Notes: generated from the letters alone by a model not told the origin. 64,000 bases of DNA from Candidatus Krumholzibacteriota bacterium (GCA_016931295.1 JAFGEZ010000022.1:22828-86827), one strand, 5' to 3'. Counted from the stretch's first letter, positions 39,059 to 48,406 are shown. Numbers and translations are program-made.

Positions 39059-39563
39059 AGATGACCTCCAGGAACCGCTCGAAGGGGCGGACGATCTCGC
39101 GGGTCGCCGCCTCGCGGTCGCGACCGGCGACGTCGATCCAGTGGATGTAGAGACGGTCGCCGCGGATCTCGACGGAGAGCGTGCCGGGGGTGAGCGTGAT
39201 CGAGTTGGCGAGGACGGTCCGTCCCATCGGCGATCGGAGCCGCGTCGTCACCGCGACGATGCCCGGGTCGATCGGGATGCGCGGCCTGACGACGCGGATG
39301 GCGACGTCGAGGTTCGAACGCACGATCGCGCCGAGCAGGTAGAAGAGGTAGAGGATCGAGTAGAGGATCCGTTTCGGCGTGATGCGGGGAAACCGCCGCG
39401 CGGTGGTGAAGAGGCCGGCCACGACGAGGGCGGAGAATCCGACGACGGCGAGGTTTGCCGGCTCGAGCGAGCGGGTCCACAAAACATAGACGCCGGTGAG
39501 GGCCGCCGCCACGAGCACGGCCGTCAGCGTTTGTTCGATCGGGTTGCGATGTCCGTCTCCCAC
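39051..39563 (-). CDS. MrpE/MnhE-like subunit (MbxA-like)
   Basis: Track ORF of 170 aa. Contains SNLDVAIRVVRPRIPIDPGIV...LANSITLTPGTLSVEI...LYIHWIDV (MnhE signature). Confidence 0.8.
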   Translation of the reverse strand: MGDGHRNPIEQTLTAVLVAAALTGVYVLWTRSLEPANLAVVGFSALVVAGLFTTARRFPRITPKRILYSILYLFYLLGAIVRSNLDVAIRVVRPRIPIDPGIVAVTTRLRSPMGRTVLANSITLTPGTLSVEIRGDRLYIHWIDVAGRDREAATREIVRPFERFLEVIFG

Positions 39564-39636
39564 CTGCAGGGTCCCTCCGCGCGGTTTGGGGGCCGCGATT
39601 TGATTGTAGCCCGGCCTGCCGGGCCCGTCACCTGGT

Positions 39637-40161
39637 TTATCGGCCGTCGTCCGCGCGCGACTCGAGCCATCGTCCGATCGCGCGCGAGAGCAGCTCGATC
39701 GCCCCGATCATGTCCTGCTGCCGGTCGTCGCTGATGCCGGCGAGGATCTCGGCGTGCAGCTCCTGCGTCGCCCGGTGGATGTCGCCGACGATCCTGGCGC
39801 CCTCGCTCGTCAGCACGACGTCGATCCCGCGCCGGTCCTCCGGCGAGATGCGGCGTTCGAGTATCCCCTTGCGCTCGAGGGACGAGACGATCCGCGTCAC
39901 GCCGCCCGGCGTGATCTCGAGCCGCTCGCCGAGCTCCTTCATCCCCGCGGTCGAGCGGTCGAAGAACTGGATGAGGCAGTTGTACTCCGCGGTCGAGATG
40001 CCGTGCTCGCGGACGAGATGCATGTCCTTGAGGGCGCACTTCTGGCGGAGATGGAAGATCAGCTCTCCCAGCCGTTCGATCCGCCGCCGCCGCTCCGCCG
40101 CGATGTCGTGCCCGGCAGGGGCGTGCGTTTCCCCGGCCGGACGTTCGATGCTAGAATCCAT
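39637..40161 (-). CDS. MarR-family transcriptional regulator
   Basis: Track ORF of 174 aa. Contains GISTAEYNCLIQF...MKELGERLEITPGGVTRIVSSLERKGILERRISPEDRRGIDVVLT. The start overlaps the FadL-like stop by 11 nt. Confidence 0.85.
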   Translation of the reverse strand: MDSSIERPAGETHAPAGHDIAAERRRRIERLGELIFHLRQKCALKDMHLVREHGISTAEYNCLIQFFDRSTAGMKELGERLEITPGGVTRIVSSLERKGILERRISPEDRRGIDVVLTSEGARIVGDIHRATQELHAEILAGISDDRQQDMIGAIELLSRAIGRWLESRADDGR

Positions 40162-41641
40162 AGCTGTACATGACCATCCAGTTGAACTGCGAATGCGTGG
40201 ACTCGACCGGCGGGATCGTCGATCCGTTGCCGGGGTTGGTCGCGTCGCTCTCGAAGGCGGTGACGAAGGAGACGTTCACCTCGCCGCGCTCAGCGAAGTC
40301 CCAGCCCCCGCCGACGGCGAGATGGCTCTCGACGATGGCGGGGAAGAGGGCGTTCAGGTAGTCGTCGGGGACGGGATTCGAGCCGTAGTTGAATCCCGCG
40401 CGGATGGTGAGGGCGTCGGTGGCCTTGACGGCGCCGCCGAGAGAGACGACCGCCTGGTCTTCCCACTTCTGGAAGAGGACCGCGTCCATCGCCAGCCCGG
40501 CGAAGGCGCCGTTGGCGGGGGTGTCGTCGGCGGTGAAGGTCATCGAGAAGTTTTCCATCACCCCGGACCAGTCGATGTAGCGCAGGTCGGCCGCGACGAG
40601 GAGCCGGTCGTTCGGCCGGACGGCCGCGCCGATCCCGTAGACGGCCGGCCACTGGAAATCATTGACGGAGATCGATCCGCTCACCGGGATCTCCATGTCG
40701 ACGTATTCGCCCGTCGGGAGGCCCTGGAGGACGCCGGGGTCGATGTTGACCGCCATCGAGAGCGTCGCCTCGTCGGTCTCGAGGTCGCCGAGGGCCGTCG
40801 GGCTGTGGTAGGTCGCGCCGATCGACACCTTCTCGTTCACCTCGAAGACGAAACCGATCTTGCCGGCGACGCCGACGCCGCGGGCCTGGCCGTAGAGGTC
40901 GCTGTCGTTCGAGAAGTCGAAGTACGCGTGGTGGACACGGCTGATCCCCGTGCCGCCGAAGGGCTCGTAGAGCGAGCCGAAGGCGCCGAGGAGGGTGCCC
41001 GAGGCGGTGCCGATGTTCTGCGCCATCGGATTGGCGAGATCCTGGAACTGCGCCTCGCTCAGGGCCATCCGGAGGTCGAGGCCGGCCCAGACGAACTCGA
41101 GCGACGCGCCGAGACTCAGCTGTTCGTTCACCGCGTAGACGCCGGGGACGATGACCCGGCCGACGCTGAGCTCGGAGCGGTTGACCAGCCCGCCGTCGAG
41201 CGCCGTGTTGGCGCCCATGCTCGGGTCGGCGAGCCACGTGCCGGCCCCGTACTCGGTGCCCATGCCGCCCTGGCTGAAGACGCCCAGCCCGACGCCCCAC
41301 GCGTCGCGACGGTACATCATCCCGAATGCGGGCATGTAGAAGGCGGTGGCGTCGGACTCCGCGGTGAGGGCGCCCATCGGCGTCGTCACGATCGCGTCGA
41401 CGTCGGGGCCGAGGCTGCCGAGGGCGAGGTCGAAACGCAGCCCCGTGGGAAAGAGGGCCATCGTGGCCGGGTTGTTCATCATGGCCGCCGTGCCGTTGTC
41501 GAAGGCGAGCGAGGCGCCGCCCATGGCGGCCGCGATCGGCCCGTATCCCTCGAGGTTCATGCCGTTCGTCGCCGACGCGCCTCCCGGGACGAGGAGCGCC
41601 GCCGCGACGAGGACCGCGATCGTCGCCAGGATCCGTTTCAT
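40151..41641 (-). CDS. FadL/TodX/OMPP1-family outer-membrane channel for hydrophobic substrates
   Basis: Last 496 aa of track ORF 40151..43549, starting at ATG 41641. Signal peptide MKRILATIAVLVAAALLVPGGASA. Contains GYGPIAAAMGGASLAFDNGTAAMMNNPA. Terminal beta-strand ends in ...MVMYSYGF. Confidence 0.8.
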   Translation of the reverse strand: MKRILATIAVLVAAALLVPGGASATNGMNLEGYGPIAAAMGGASLAFDNGTAAMMNNPATMALFPTGLRFDLALGSLGPDVDAIVTTPMGALTAESDATAFYMPAFGMMYRRDAWGVGLGVFSQGGMGTEYGAGTWLADPSMGANTALDGGLVNRSELSVGRVIVPGVYAVNEQLSLGASLEFVWAGLDLRMALSEAQFQDLANPMAQNIGTASGTLLGAFGSLYEPFGGTGISRVHHAYFDFSNDSDLYGQARGVGVAGKIGFVFEVNEKVSIGATYHSPTALGDLETDEATLSMAVNIDPGVLQGLPTGEYVDMEIPVSGSISVNDFQWPAVYGIGAAVRPNDRLLVAADLRYIDWSGVMENFSMTFTADDTPANGAFAGLAMDAVLFQKWEDQAVVSLGGAVKATDALTIRAGFNYGSNPVPDDYLNALFPAIVESHLAVGGGWDFAERGEVNVSFVTAFESDATNPGNGSTIPPVESTHSQFNWMVMYSYGF

Positions 41642-41736
41642 CGTTCTCTTCCCCCTGTCTGGTGTCCCGGTCCCGGCGGCGGAACTTCCGGCGCGACGGG
41701 CGGGATCGATGGCCGTCCACGGCGACGGTTGATGCC

Positions 41737-41779
41737 GTGAACAATTCACAGTATAAAAAGACGACCCGGCGCACGTCAA
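41737..41779 (-). promoter_or_regulatory. Sigma70-like promoter with downstream palindrome upstream of the FadL-MarR(-Mbx-like) genes
   Basis: Minus strand: TTGACG (41779-41774), an 18-nt spacer, then TATACT (41755-41750). This is followed immediately by the palindrome GTGAATTGTTCAC (41749-41737). An A/T-rich tract lies upstream of the -35. Confidence 0.45.
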
Positions 41780-41880
41780 TAAAAAATGTTCTCGATTGGC
41801 AATTATTCCACGAAGGTTGCAACGGTTTGGCGGAACAGGACATGCGCGGTGCCCGGCCCCTCGCGCGGTGATGTCGGTCT

Positions 41881-43116
41881 TCAGTTCAAACTGCCCCGGC
41901 GGGCGCCGGTCCACACGAAAAAGAGGGCGACGACCGCGCCGGCGATCCCCACCGGCCAGAATTCGCCCCCGATCCCGCGCCGCCGGACGAGGTCGACCGC
42001 CAGGCCGACCGCCGGGGCGACGAGCATCGTCGAGATCGTCTTCGCCTGGTTCTCGATGGAGAGGACGGTCGCCCCCGACCGCTCGTCGGCGAACGCGTCG
42101 AAGCGGCTGACGAGCAGGGGCCGCCAGACGTTCTGGAGAAGGTGCAGGAATACGAAGAGGACGACGGCCGCGGCGGTCACGCCGGCGTACAGGAAGGCGG
42201 CGAGGGCCGCGTAGAGGACGAGGGCGTTCCGCCACAGGAGACGCGAGGCGCGTTCCTCGCCGCCGGCCCGTTCGGCCATGACGTGCGCGCGCCTGCTCGC
42301 CGCGGCGGAGCCGAGATGGAGGACCACGTAGACCAGGCCCACGAGAAGCGCCGTCCGGCGGGTGTCGTCGAGGCCTGCCGCGAGGGGCAGGGCCAGTGCG
42401 GCGCTGGCGATGAGGGGCTGGATAAAGTCCTTGACCGCGCGGAAGATCCCCTCGAAGCCCATCGACTCGGCCACGAGCCGGCGGAGCGGCTTCTCGGCCG
42501 CCGTCCGGTGGATCGTCCGGGCGAGGTGGCGCCACACGTCGCCCGGCGCCGGCGCCGATGCGGCGCGGCCGTCGAGGGCGGCGGGGTAGAGGAGGAAGTT
42601 GACGATCCCCACGGCGTACGGGGGGATCGACAACAGGAAGACGATCCGGTAATCCCGCGCGAAAAAGACGAAGAGGGTCGCGAAAACGATCGAGACGGCC
42701 GAGCCGATCTTCGACCACGAGCGGGTGTAGCCGTAGACGCGGGCCTTCTCGGGCGTGCGCCCCTCGAGCCGCAGCCAGGTGAAGATGATCGCCTTGTGCG
42801 TCCCCGTGCGGAAGGCTTCCCCGGCGGCGAAGAGGAAGAGGGGCGGGAAGAGCCCGGCGAAGGAGCGGGCCGCGGCGAAAAGGGCGAAGGAGAAAATGTA
42901 GGCGGCGAAGGAGACGACCATGCAGCGGCGCCGTCCCCAGATGTCGGCGAGCGCCCCGCTCGGCACCTCGATGAGGTTGATGCAGATCTCGCGGAAGGCG
43001 ACGAGGAGGCCGATCTCGGTGAAGGACAATCCCAGCTCGAGGAAATAGAGCACGATGAAGGGCTCGAAGTAGCGCTGGTTCTTGAGGAACCCGTAGAGGG
43101 AGAATCGTTTGATCAT
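41881..43116 (-). CDS. MFS-type transporter
   Basis: Track ORF 41881..43161. I prefer ATG 43116 (MIKRFSLYGFLKN...). Multiple TM helices and an MFS-like loop ALADIWGRRR. Confidence 0.75.
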   Translation of the reverse strand: MIKRFSLYGFLKNQRYFEPFIVLYFLELGLSFTEIGLLVAFREICINLIEVPSGALADIWGRRRCMVVSFAAYIFSFALFAAARSFAGLFPPLFLFAAGEAFRTGTHKAIIFTWLRLEGRTPEKARVYGYTRSWSKIGSAVSIVFATLFVFFARDYRIVFLLSIPPYAVGIVNFLLYPAALDGRAASAPAPGDVWRHLARTIHRTAAEKPLRRLVAESMGFEGIFRAVKDFIQPLIASAALALPLAAGLDDTRRTALLVGLVYVVLHLGSAAASRRAHVMAERAGGEERASRLLWRNALVLYAALAAFLYAGVTAAAVVLFVFLHLLQNVWRPLLVSRFDAFADERSGATVLSIENQAKTISTMLVAPAVGLAVDLVRRRGIGGEFWPVGIAGAVVALFFVWTGARRGSLN

Positions 43117-43241
43117 GCCGGCCGTCCCCGCCTCGCGTGTTGTCGGATCGCGCCCGTTCACTATACAATACGGAACCGCGAGGGGGAGACAAAAGTGACG
43201 GCCGTGCCCGCGGGGGCCCGGCCGGTATCGAAGGAGGACCG

Positions 43242-45557
43242 ATGAGGAGATGGGCCGCCCTGCTGTGTCTCGTGCTCGCCGCCGCGCCGGCGGCGGCGGA
43301 GATCGAGGTCACGAGGATCGACATGCTCGCCGCGGAAGGCTTCGACGTCAACGCGGCCGGTCCGGTCCTCGTCCGGATGGACGCTGATCGCGGCCGGCTC
43401 GTCGCGGCGAACGCGAACAGTTCGTCCATGACGTTCATCGACTGCGCGACCGGGGCGGTGACGAACATCCCGATCGGGGGGCGCGCCCTCCAGCATCTCA
43501 AGGACGAGGCGCTCGCGATCCGGCGCCTGACGGGGGAGATCTGCCTCATCGGGCCGCGTTGCTTCTACGTCGTCTCGCCGGAGGAGGAAACGGCGGTCCG
43601 CGTGGAGACCCCCGCGCAGTTCGAGTCGATCGCCGTCGACGAGAAGACGGGGAACGTATTCGTCGCCGGCCGCGAGTCGAGCAAGCTCGGGATGTGGCGG
43701 CCGGGCGGCGAACTCGAGCTCCTCCCCTGGACCGACCGCGAGGAGCCCCTCGTCAACCTCAACCAGACCCCGCCGCCGCCGATCCGCAAGGTCGTCGCGT
43801 ACCCGGCATCGGGCCGGATCGCGGCGATCGACGGCTTCACCTCCACCCTCGCCCTCTTCGACGGCGCCACGGGGAAATTGAGGAAGCGGCGCGACCTTCC
43901 CCTCGCCGCCAAGGCCAGGTGGCATCTCGCCGGCGCGGACGACGAGGCGATCTACGTCGTCGTGGAGACGGCTCGCCGCCGGGTCGTCGAGGCGGGCCGG
44001 ATCGATCTCGCCGGCGACGACGATCTCGTCGTCGCCCTTCCCGGCCTCACCGAGGGAGTGGGGATCGTCTACAATCCCGCGCGGGGCGAGATCTGCATCC
44101 CCTACGACAACGCCGCCACGGTGCACGTCGTCGACGTCCGTTCGGGAGGCGACGTCTTCGAGATCGCCATCCCCGCCTACGGCAACGACGCCACGGCGAT
44201 CGACGCCACCGGCGACACCCTCTACGTGGCGAGCTGGGCGCACGGCGAGATCGACGTCGTCGACCTCGCCGCCCGCCGGCTCGTCAGGCGCCACACGGGG
44301 CTCGGGATCATCCCCCACATGTTCTCGATGGCGATCGACCCGGCCTCGGGGCGCCTGTACTTCCCGAAGGGGGCCTCGGCGGTCAACGGCACCTTCGGTT
44401 CGGCGGTGAGCGTCTTCGACCCGGCCACGGGCGACATCGAAAAGATCCACACCGGCCACGCTCCGGTCGATCTCCGAATGGTGCCCGCCAGGAGGAGCGT
44501 CCTCGTCTTCGGCGCCGAGGACGAGATGCTCGAGTGGCGCCCGGGACGGCCCGCCGTCATGCGGCGGCTTCCCGTCGACTACCCCGTCCGCGCCGTCGCC
44601 GCGCCCGGCGACGACGTCTACCTCTCCTACGGCCCCCACCAGTCCTACTGGCCGAACGTCTACATCTGGGACGCGAGAGACGGGATCCTCACGATACGCG
44701 ACGAGGACCTCTCCTTCTACGACCGGCGCATCCCGCGCCAGGCGCTCGAGGCGGCACTCGTGGGAGAGGAGCTCTTCTTCACGCAGAACAACTGGGGGCG
44801 CGAGGCGGCCTTCCTCGGCACGCTCCCCGACGGGGTGCGGCTCTTCGAGCCGGCCCGGCGGGTCGTTCTCCCCGACACGGTCGACCGCGAGAACACCCAG
44901 CGCATTCTCCGGTACGACCCGGCGGCGAAGCGGCTCTACCGCGTCCGTGCGGGGGAGCGCGACGGCGATCCGGGTGTCCTCGTCGTCGTCGACCCGGCGA
45001 CGCGGGCGGCCGTCGGCCGGGTGGAGCTCGGCCGAACGGCGACGGACCTCGCCGTGGACGACCTTCGGATCTACGTAACCGCCTTCGACGACGACCGGAT
45101 CGACGTCGTAAACAAGACAACGCTCGCCGTCTCGTCGGTCGCCACGGCGGCCCGGCCGCTTCGCCTCTGCCGCTGCTTGGAGCAGGTGTGGGCGATCACC
45201 CACCGGGGGCGCACCCTCGAGCGGATCGAGCCGCCGGGGAAGGCGATTTCGATCCCCTTCGACGGGCTCCCCGACAACCTCTTCGCGTGGCGGGGCACGC
45301 TGGTCGTCACCGTGCACTCTCCAGGCGAACTCGTCATCGCCGAATACGATCTCGCGAGAGGGACCTTCTCCACGCTGTGGCGCGAGCGATACCCGTACGG
45401 GGACACGGCCTTCGATTCGGCGAACGTCTCCTTCTACCTCCGGGGGCAGTTCGCCGACGCCCTCCCCGCGATCACGCGGCACGCCGTCGACGTTGGCGGC
45501 CGCCTCGTCGTGAGCGATTTCCTCTCGGGGAGGATCTTCGTCATCGGGGAGAAGTGA
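43242..45557 (+). CDS. Secreted beta-propeller-repeat protein (YncE/YVTN-like), function unknown
   Basis: Start moved to ATG 43242 with AAGGAGG upstream. Signal peptide MRRWAALLCLVLAAAPAAA. Recurrent motifs of the type ...G.LYV....D..I.VVD... run through 771 aa. Confidence 0.75.
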   Translation: MRRWAALLCLVLAAAPAAAEIEVTRIDMLAAEGFDVNAAGPVLVRMDADRGRLVAANANSSSMTFIDCATGAVTNIPIGGRALQHLKDEALAIRRLTGEICLIGPRCFYVVSPEEETAVRVETPAQFESIAVDEKTGNVFVAGRESSKLGMWRPGGELELLPWTDREEPLVNLNQTPPPPIRKVVAYPASGRIAAIDGFTSTLALFDGATGKLRKRRDLPLAAKARWHLAGADDEAIYVVVETARRRVVEAGRIDLAGDDDLVVALPGLTEGVGIVYNPARGEICIPYDNAATVHVVDVRSGGDVFEIAIPAYGNDATAIDATGDTLYVASWAHGEIDVVDLAARRLVRRHTGLGIIPHMFSMAIDPASGRLYFPKGASAVNGTFGSAVSVFDPATGDIEKIHTGHAPVDLRMVPARRSVLVFGAEDEMLEWRPGRPAVMRRLPVDYPVRAVAAPGDDVYLSYGPHQSYWPNVYIWDARDGILTIRDEDLSFYDRRIPRQALEAALVGEELFFTQNNWGREAAFLGTLPDGVRLFEPARRVVLPDTVDRENTQRILRYDPAAKRLYRVRAGERDGDPGVLVVVDPATRAAVGRVELGRTATDLAVDDLRIYVTAFDDDRIDVVNKTTLAVSSVATAARPLRLCRCLEQVWAITHRGRTLERIEPPGKAISIPFDGLPDNLFAWRGTLVVTVHSPGELVIAEYDLARGTFSTLWRERYPYGDTAFDSANVSFYLRGQFADALPAITRHAVDVGGRLVVSDFLSGRIFVIGEK

Positions 45558-45630
45558 GCGGGGCCGAGCCGTCTTCGGGGAGGCGGCCGACCGGAATCGC
45601 AAGTCTCTCGCGGAACGCGGCCGACGGACG

Positions 45631-46752
45631 TCATCGTCGCGCCGGCAGGCGCAGCTCGTAGACGGTGTCCCAGTCGCGGTCGACGGCGATGCGCAGCGTC
45701 CGCGCCTCGAGGTCGTAGACCGAGGACCACCGCGTGCTCACGAGGAGGCGCCGTCCCCCTTCCACGTGCGACACCCGTTCCTGCGAGACGCGCCGCAGGG
45801 CCGCCATCCCGTCGAGCCATCCGAAGGAGGAGTCGGCGTCCGCGAGGATGCCGGCGAGGGTCCGGTAGCGCGAGCAGCTCGCCCGGCGCGTCCGCTCGGG
45901 CCGCTCGAAGAGCCGGGAGTTCGTCGCCACCTGCCACGGGCCGTCGTTTTCGATGATTTGCATCTTTCCCCCGGAATACTCCACAACCGCCGAGCGGCCC
46001 GACGGGTCGGCGAGAAAGAGATGGTGCGAGATCACGTTCGAGCCGTTGTCGACGATGTCGTACGACCGGGCGATCGCGATCGCCTCGTCGAGGTCGCCGG
46101 CCTTGTCGAGCATCTCGCGCATCACGAAGAGCATGTGGCCCCTCGGCCTGCCGGGATCGAGACCGTACGACTGGCGGCCGTAGGAGGCGACGGTGACGAG
46201 CAGGCCGCGCTCGTTCATCCCGTCGATGGGAAAGAAGGGGGCGGCGAGCAGGATCTCCCGGTGGAGGGGAGACTCGTCGTCGAACCGGACCGGCCCGGCG
46301 AACCCGAGCGCGAACATCGGGCTGACGGCGACCGATGCGTACCCGCCGGGCGGGAAACAGAAGCCCACGAGGACGCCGGACTCGTCGTGGTCGAAGTTGC
46401 GCCCCACGATGGGCCGGCCCGGGGAGCCGAACCAGGAGAAGATGCTGCACCCGATGCGCCGCCGCATCGCCTCCTGGCGGTCGATCTGGTCGATGGTGCG
46501 CCGGTGGCGTTCGCGGAGCGCCGCACGGTAGTCGCCGTAGACGACGATCGTGCGGATCGCCCCCGCGCGGCGGACGCTCGCCAGGGTGGCCGCCGTGTCG
46601 ATCGCCGAGGCTGCCGCGGCGGCGAGGGCCGTGTCGATACCGGGATCGACGGCGACGACGGTCGGCTCGTACAACTCGCCGCAGCCCGCGGCAACCAGAA
46701 CGGCGATGCCGAGGAGGATCCCCGCGATCGTGGAACGCGTGACGGTCGTCAT
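45631..46752 (-). CDS. Lipoprotein of the Ntn-hydrolase superfamily (C45 / choloylglycine-hydrolase-like linear amide hydrolase)
   Basis: Start moved to ATG 46752 (lipobox LVAAGC). Candidate nucleophile Cys in IGCSIFSWFGSPGRPIVGRNFDH. Family call is from pattern only. Confidence 0.6.
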   Translation of the reverse strand: MTTVTRSTIAGILLGIAVLVAAGCGELYEPTVVAVDPGIDTALAAAAASAIDTAATLASVRRAGAIRTIVVYGDYRAALRERHRRTIDQIDRQEAMRRRIGCSIFSWFGSPGRPIVGRNFDHDESGVLVGFCFPPGGYASVAVSPMFALGFAGPVRFDDESPLHREILLAAPFFPIDGMNERGLLVTVASYGRQSYGLDPGRPRGHMLFVMREMLDKAGDLDEAIAIARSYDIVDNGSNVISHHLFLADPSGRSAVVEYSGGKMQIIENDGPWQVATNSRLFERPERTRRASCSRYRTLAGILADADSSFGWLDGMAALRRVSQERVSHVEGGRRLLVSTRWSSVYDLEARTLRIAVDRDWDTVYELRLPARR

Positions 46753-46774
46753 GCTGTTGCCGCCTTTCCCGCCG

Positions 46775-48004
46775 TCAGCGCCGCATCGGTTGCCGCGCGC
46801 GATAGGTGAGGCTCCGCCAGAGCCATTCGACCGGCCCGAAGCGGAACCGTGCAAGCCACCAGGGCGACCAGGCGAGTTCGACGATCCAGACGAAAAGGAT
46901 GACGAGCGGGTGCCAGGCGCGTCCGAGGCGGCCGAAAAGTTTGAAGCCGTGTCCGTAGAAGAGGGTGGTGCAGATGACCGTCTGCAGGAGATAGTTGGTG
47001 AGGGCCATCCGCCCGACGGCGGCGAGCGTGCGTGTCGGGCGCTTCATGGCGTTTGCACGGCACGCGAGCATCACCGCGCCGATCCATCCCCCCGAGACGA
47101 GAAGGCTGAACCAGTAGTTGTACTGGACGCCGATGAACATCGAGTACTCGAGCGACCAGCCGGCGGCGAAGTTGCGCATGGCTCCCCAGCCGACGACCGG
47201 GAGGCCGACGAGGAGGCCGAGCGCGACCATCCACCGGTAGAAGCGGGCCGATCGGCGGCCGGAGAGGATGCCCCACTTGAAGAGGGCCATCCCGGTCAGC
47301 ATCAGTCCGAGGGTCCGCCAGCCGGTCTGGACGACCAGGAGAAAGGTCTCCATGAAGAACGAGAGACCGGCCCGGTGCGGCATCTGGTCGAGCCAGCCGC
47401 CGCGATACGCGGCGATCTCCCCGGCGATCCGCCCGGCCGGCGGCCGCCAGGTCTCCATGAGGCCCTCGATCTTCGCCGGTTCCCACCAGGGCATGCTGAG
47501 CCCGACGAAAAGATAGAATATCGACGCGACGGCGAAGATCGACAGCCCCGCCGCGAGAAGCCGGCCGGGGCGGACGCGCCGGAAGGGGTAGGCGACGAGG
47601 GCGCAGATGCCGTAGGTGACGAGGATGTCGCCGTGCCAGAGCCCGTAGGCGTGGACGAGGCCGATGACGATGAGCCAGAAGGTCCTCCGGTAGTGGACGC
47701 CGCGCGCGCTGCCGCCGCGCCGTTCGATGCGTTCGGTCAAAAGGACGATTCCCGCCCCGAAGAGGAGCGCGAAGATCGTCATGAACTTCTTGTCGGCCAG
47801 GAGATGGCTCAGCAACCAGAGGACGCGGTCGACGCCGGAGAGATCGCCGAAGAGGGCGGGGTTCATGTACGCCATCGCCGGCATGGAGAAGGACTGGACG
47901 TTCATCACGAGGATGCCGAGCACGGCGAAGCCGCGCAGCGCGTCGATCTCGGCGATCCGCTCCGCGGGCGGGAGGGGCGATCCGGCGGCCGACGGTTCGA
48001 TCAT
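46775..48004 (-). CDS. DUF418 (YeiB-like) membrane protein
   Basis: Track ORF of 409 aa. Contains RIAEIDALRGFAVLGILVMN..., and C-terminal GRMALTNYLLQTVICT...FRFGPVEWLWRSLTY is characteristic. Confidence 0.8.
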   Translation of the reverse strand: MIEPSAAGSPLPPAERIAEIDALRGFAVLGILVMNVQSFSMPAMAYMNPALFGDLSGVDRVLWLLSHLLADKKFMTIFALLFGAGIVLLTERIERRGGSARGVHYRRTFWLIVIGLVHAYGLWHGDILVTYGICALVAYPFRRVRPGRLLAAGLSIFAVASIFYLFVGLSMPWWEPAKIEGLMETWRPPAGRIAGEIAAYRGGWLDQMPHRAGLSFFMETFLLVVQTGWRTLGLMLTGMALFKWGILSGRRSARFYRWMVALGLLVGLPVVGWGAMRNFAAGWSLEYSMFIGVQYNYWFSLLVSGGWIGAVMLACRANAMKRPTRTLAAVGRMALTNYLLQTVICTTLFYGHGFKLFGRLGRAWHPLVILFVWIVELAWSPWWLARFRFGPVEWLWRSLTYRARQPMRR

Positions 48005-48133
48005 CGGGCCTCCTGGCGACTGTATTTCCGGCTGGGTGCCCGCCGGCGGCGGTCAGGGTTTGCCGGCGAGTCCGACCGGCACGGCCGCGAGCGTCATGCC
48101 GCAGCGTACAACGTCCTCCCGGTCCAGCGACAG

Positions 48134-48180
48134 AAAAAAACCGGGGGAGAGCCGCCGGAGCCGGACGGGCCCCGGCGGCG
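48134..48180 (-). terminator. Rho-independent terminator after the small membrane-protein gene
   Basis: Minus strand: GCCGCCGGGGCCC...CCGGCGGC...CCCCCGG is a GC-rich nested hairpin, directly followed by TTTTTTT (plus-strand A7 at 48134-48140). Confidence 0.5.
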
Positions 48181-48208
48181 GAGCGTTCTTTGCCGCCGGA
48201 AGGCCGGG

Positions 48209-48406
48209 TCAGCGTTTCGCGCCGCGGGAGATGACCCACGGTGAGACGATGCCGAAGATCAGGCCGAAGCGCGCCGCGGTCTCCCAGTCGACTGCCGGGG
48301 ATCCGTGCGCGACGGCGGCCCAAGCGGCGGAGACGATCGCCGAGGCGACGAAGGCGATCGCGAAGGTGACGACGAATTCGAAGACGATCCTGCCTGCGTT
48401 CATCAA
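48209..48406 (-). CDS. Small hypothetical membrane protein (65 aa, two hydrophobic segments)
   Basis: Track ORF. Sequence IVFEFVVTFAIAFVASAIVSAAWAAV and FGLIFGIVSPWVI. Followed by its own terminator. Confidence 0.5.
   Translation of the reverse strand: MMNAGRIVFEFVVTFAIAFVASAIVSAAWAAVAHGSPAVDWETAARFGLIFGIVSPWVISRGAKR

Noticed and set aside
41737-41749. Interpreting GTGAATTGTTCAC as a Rex (TGTGAA-N4-TTCACA) or CRP (TGTGA-N6-TCACA) site.
   Set aside because: The half-sites are similar, but the central spacer (3 nt between GTGAA and TTCAC) fits neither consensus. It is kept only as an unassigned palindromic operator candidate.
28213-45661. Very long composite ORFs in the Mbx-like/FadL/propeller region: 28213..30195 (-), 28710..30545 (+), 30473..31621 (-), 32991..36965 (-, upper part), 34112..37117 (+), 39710..41740 (+), 40151..43549 (-, upper part), 43161..45602 (-) and 43559..45661 (+).
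   Set aside because: Only their terminal segments, or none of them, are protein-like. The accepted gene set is defined by start codons with SD or 4-nt overlaps and by family motifs. The remaining stretches are Arg-rich read-through in wrong frames.
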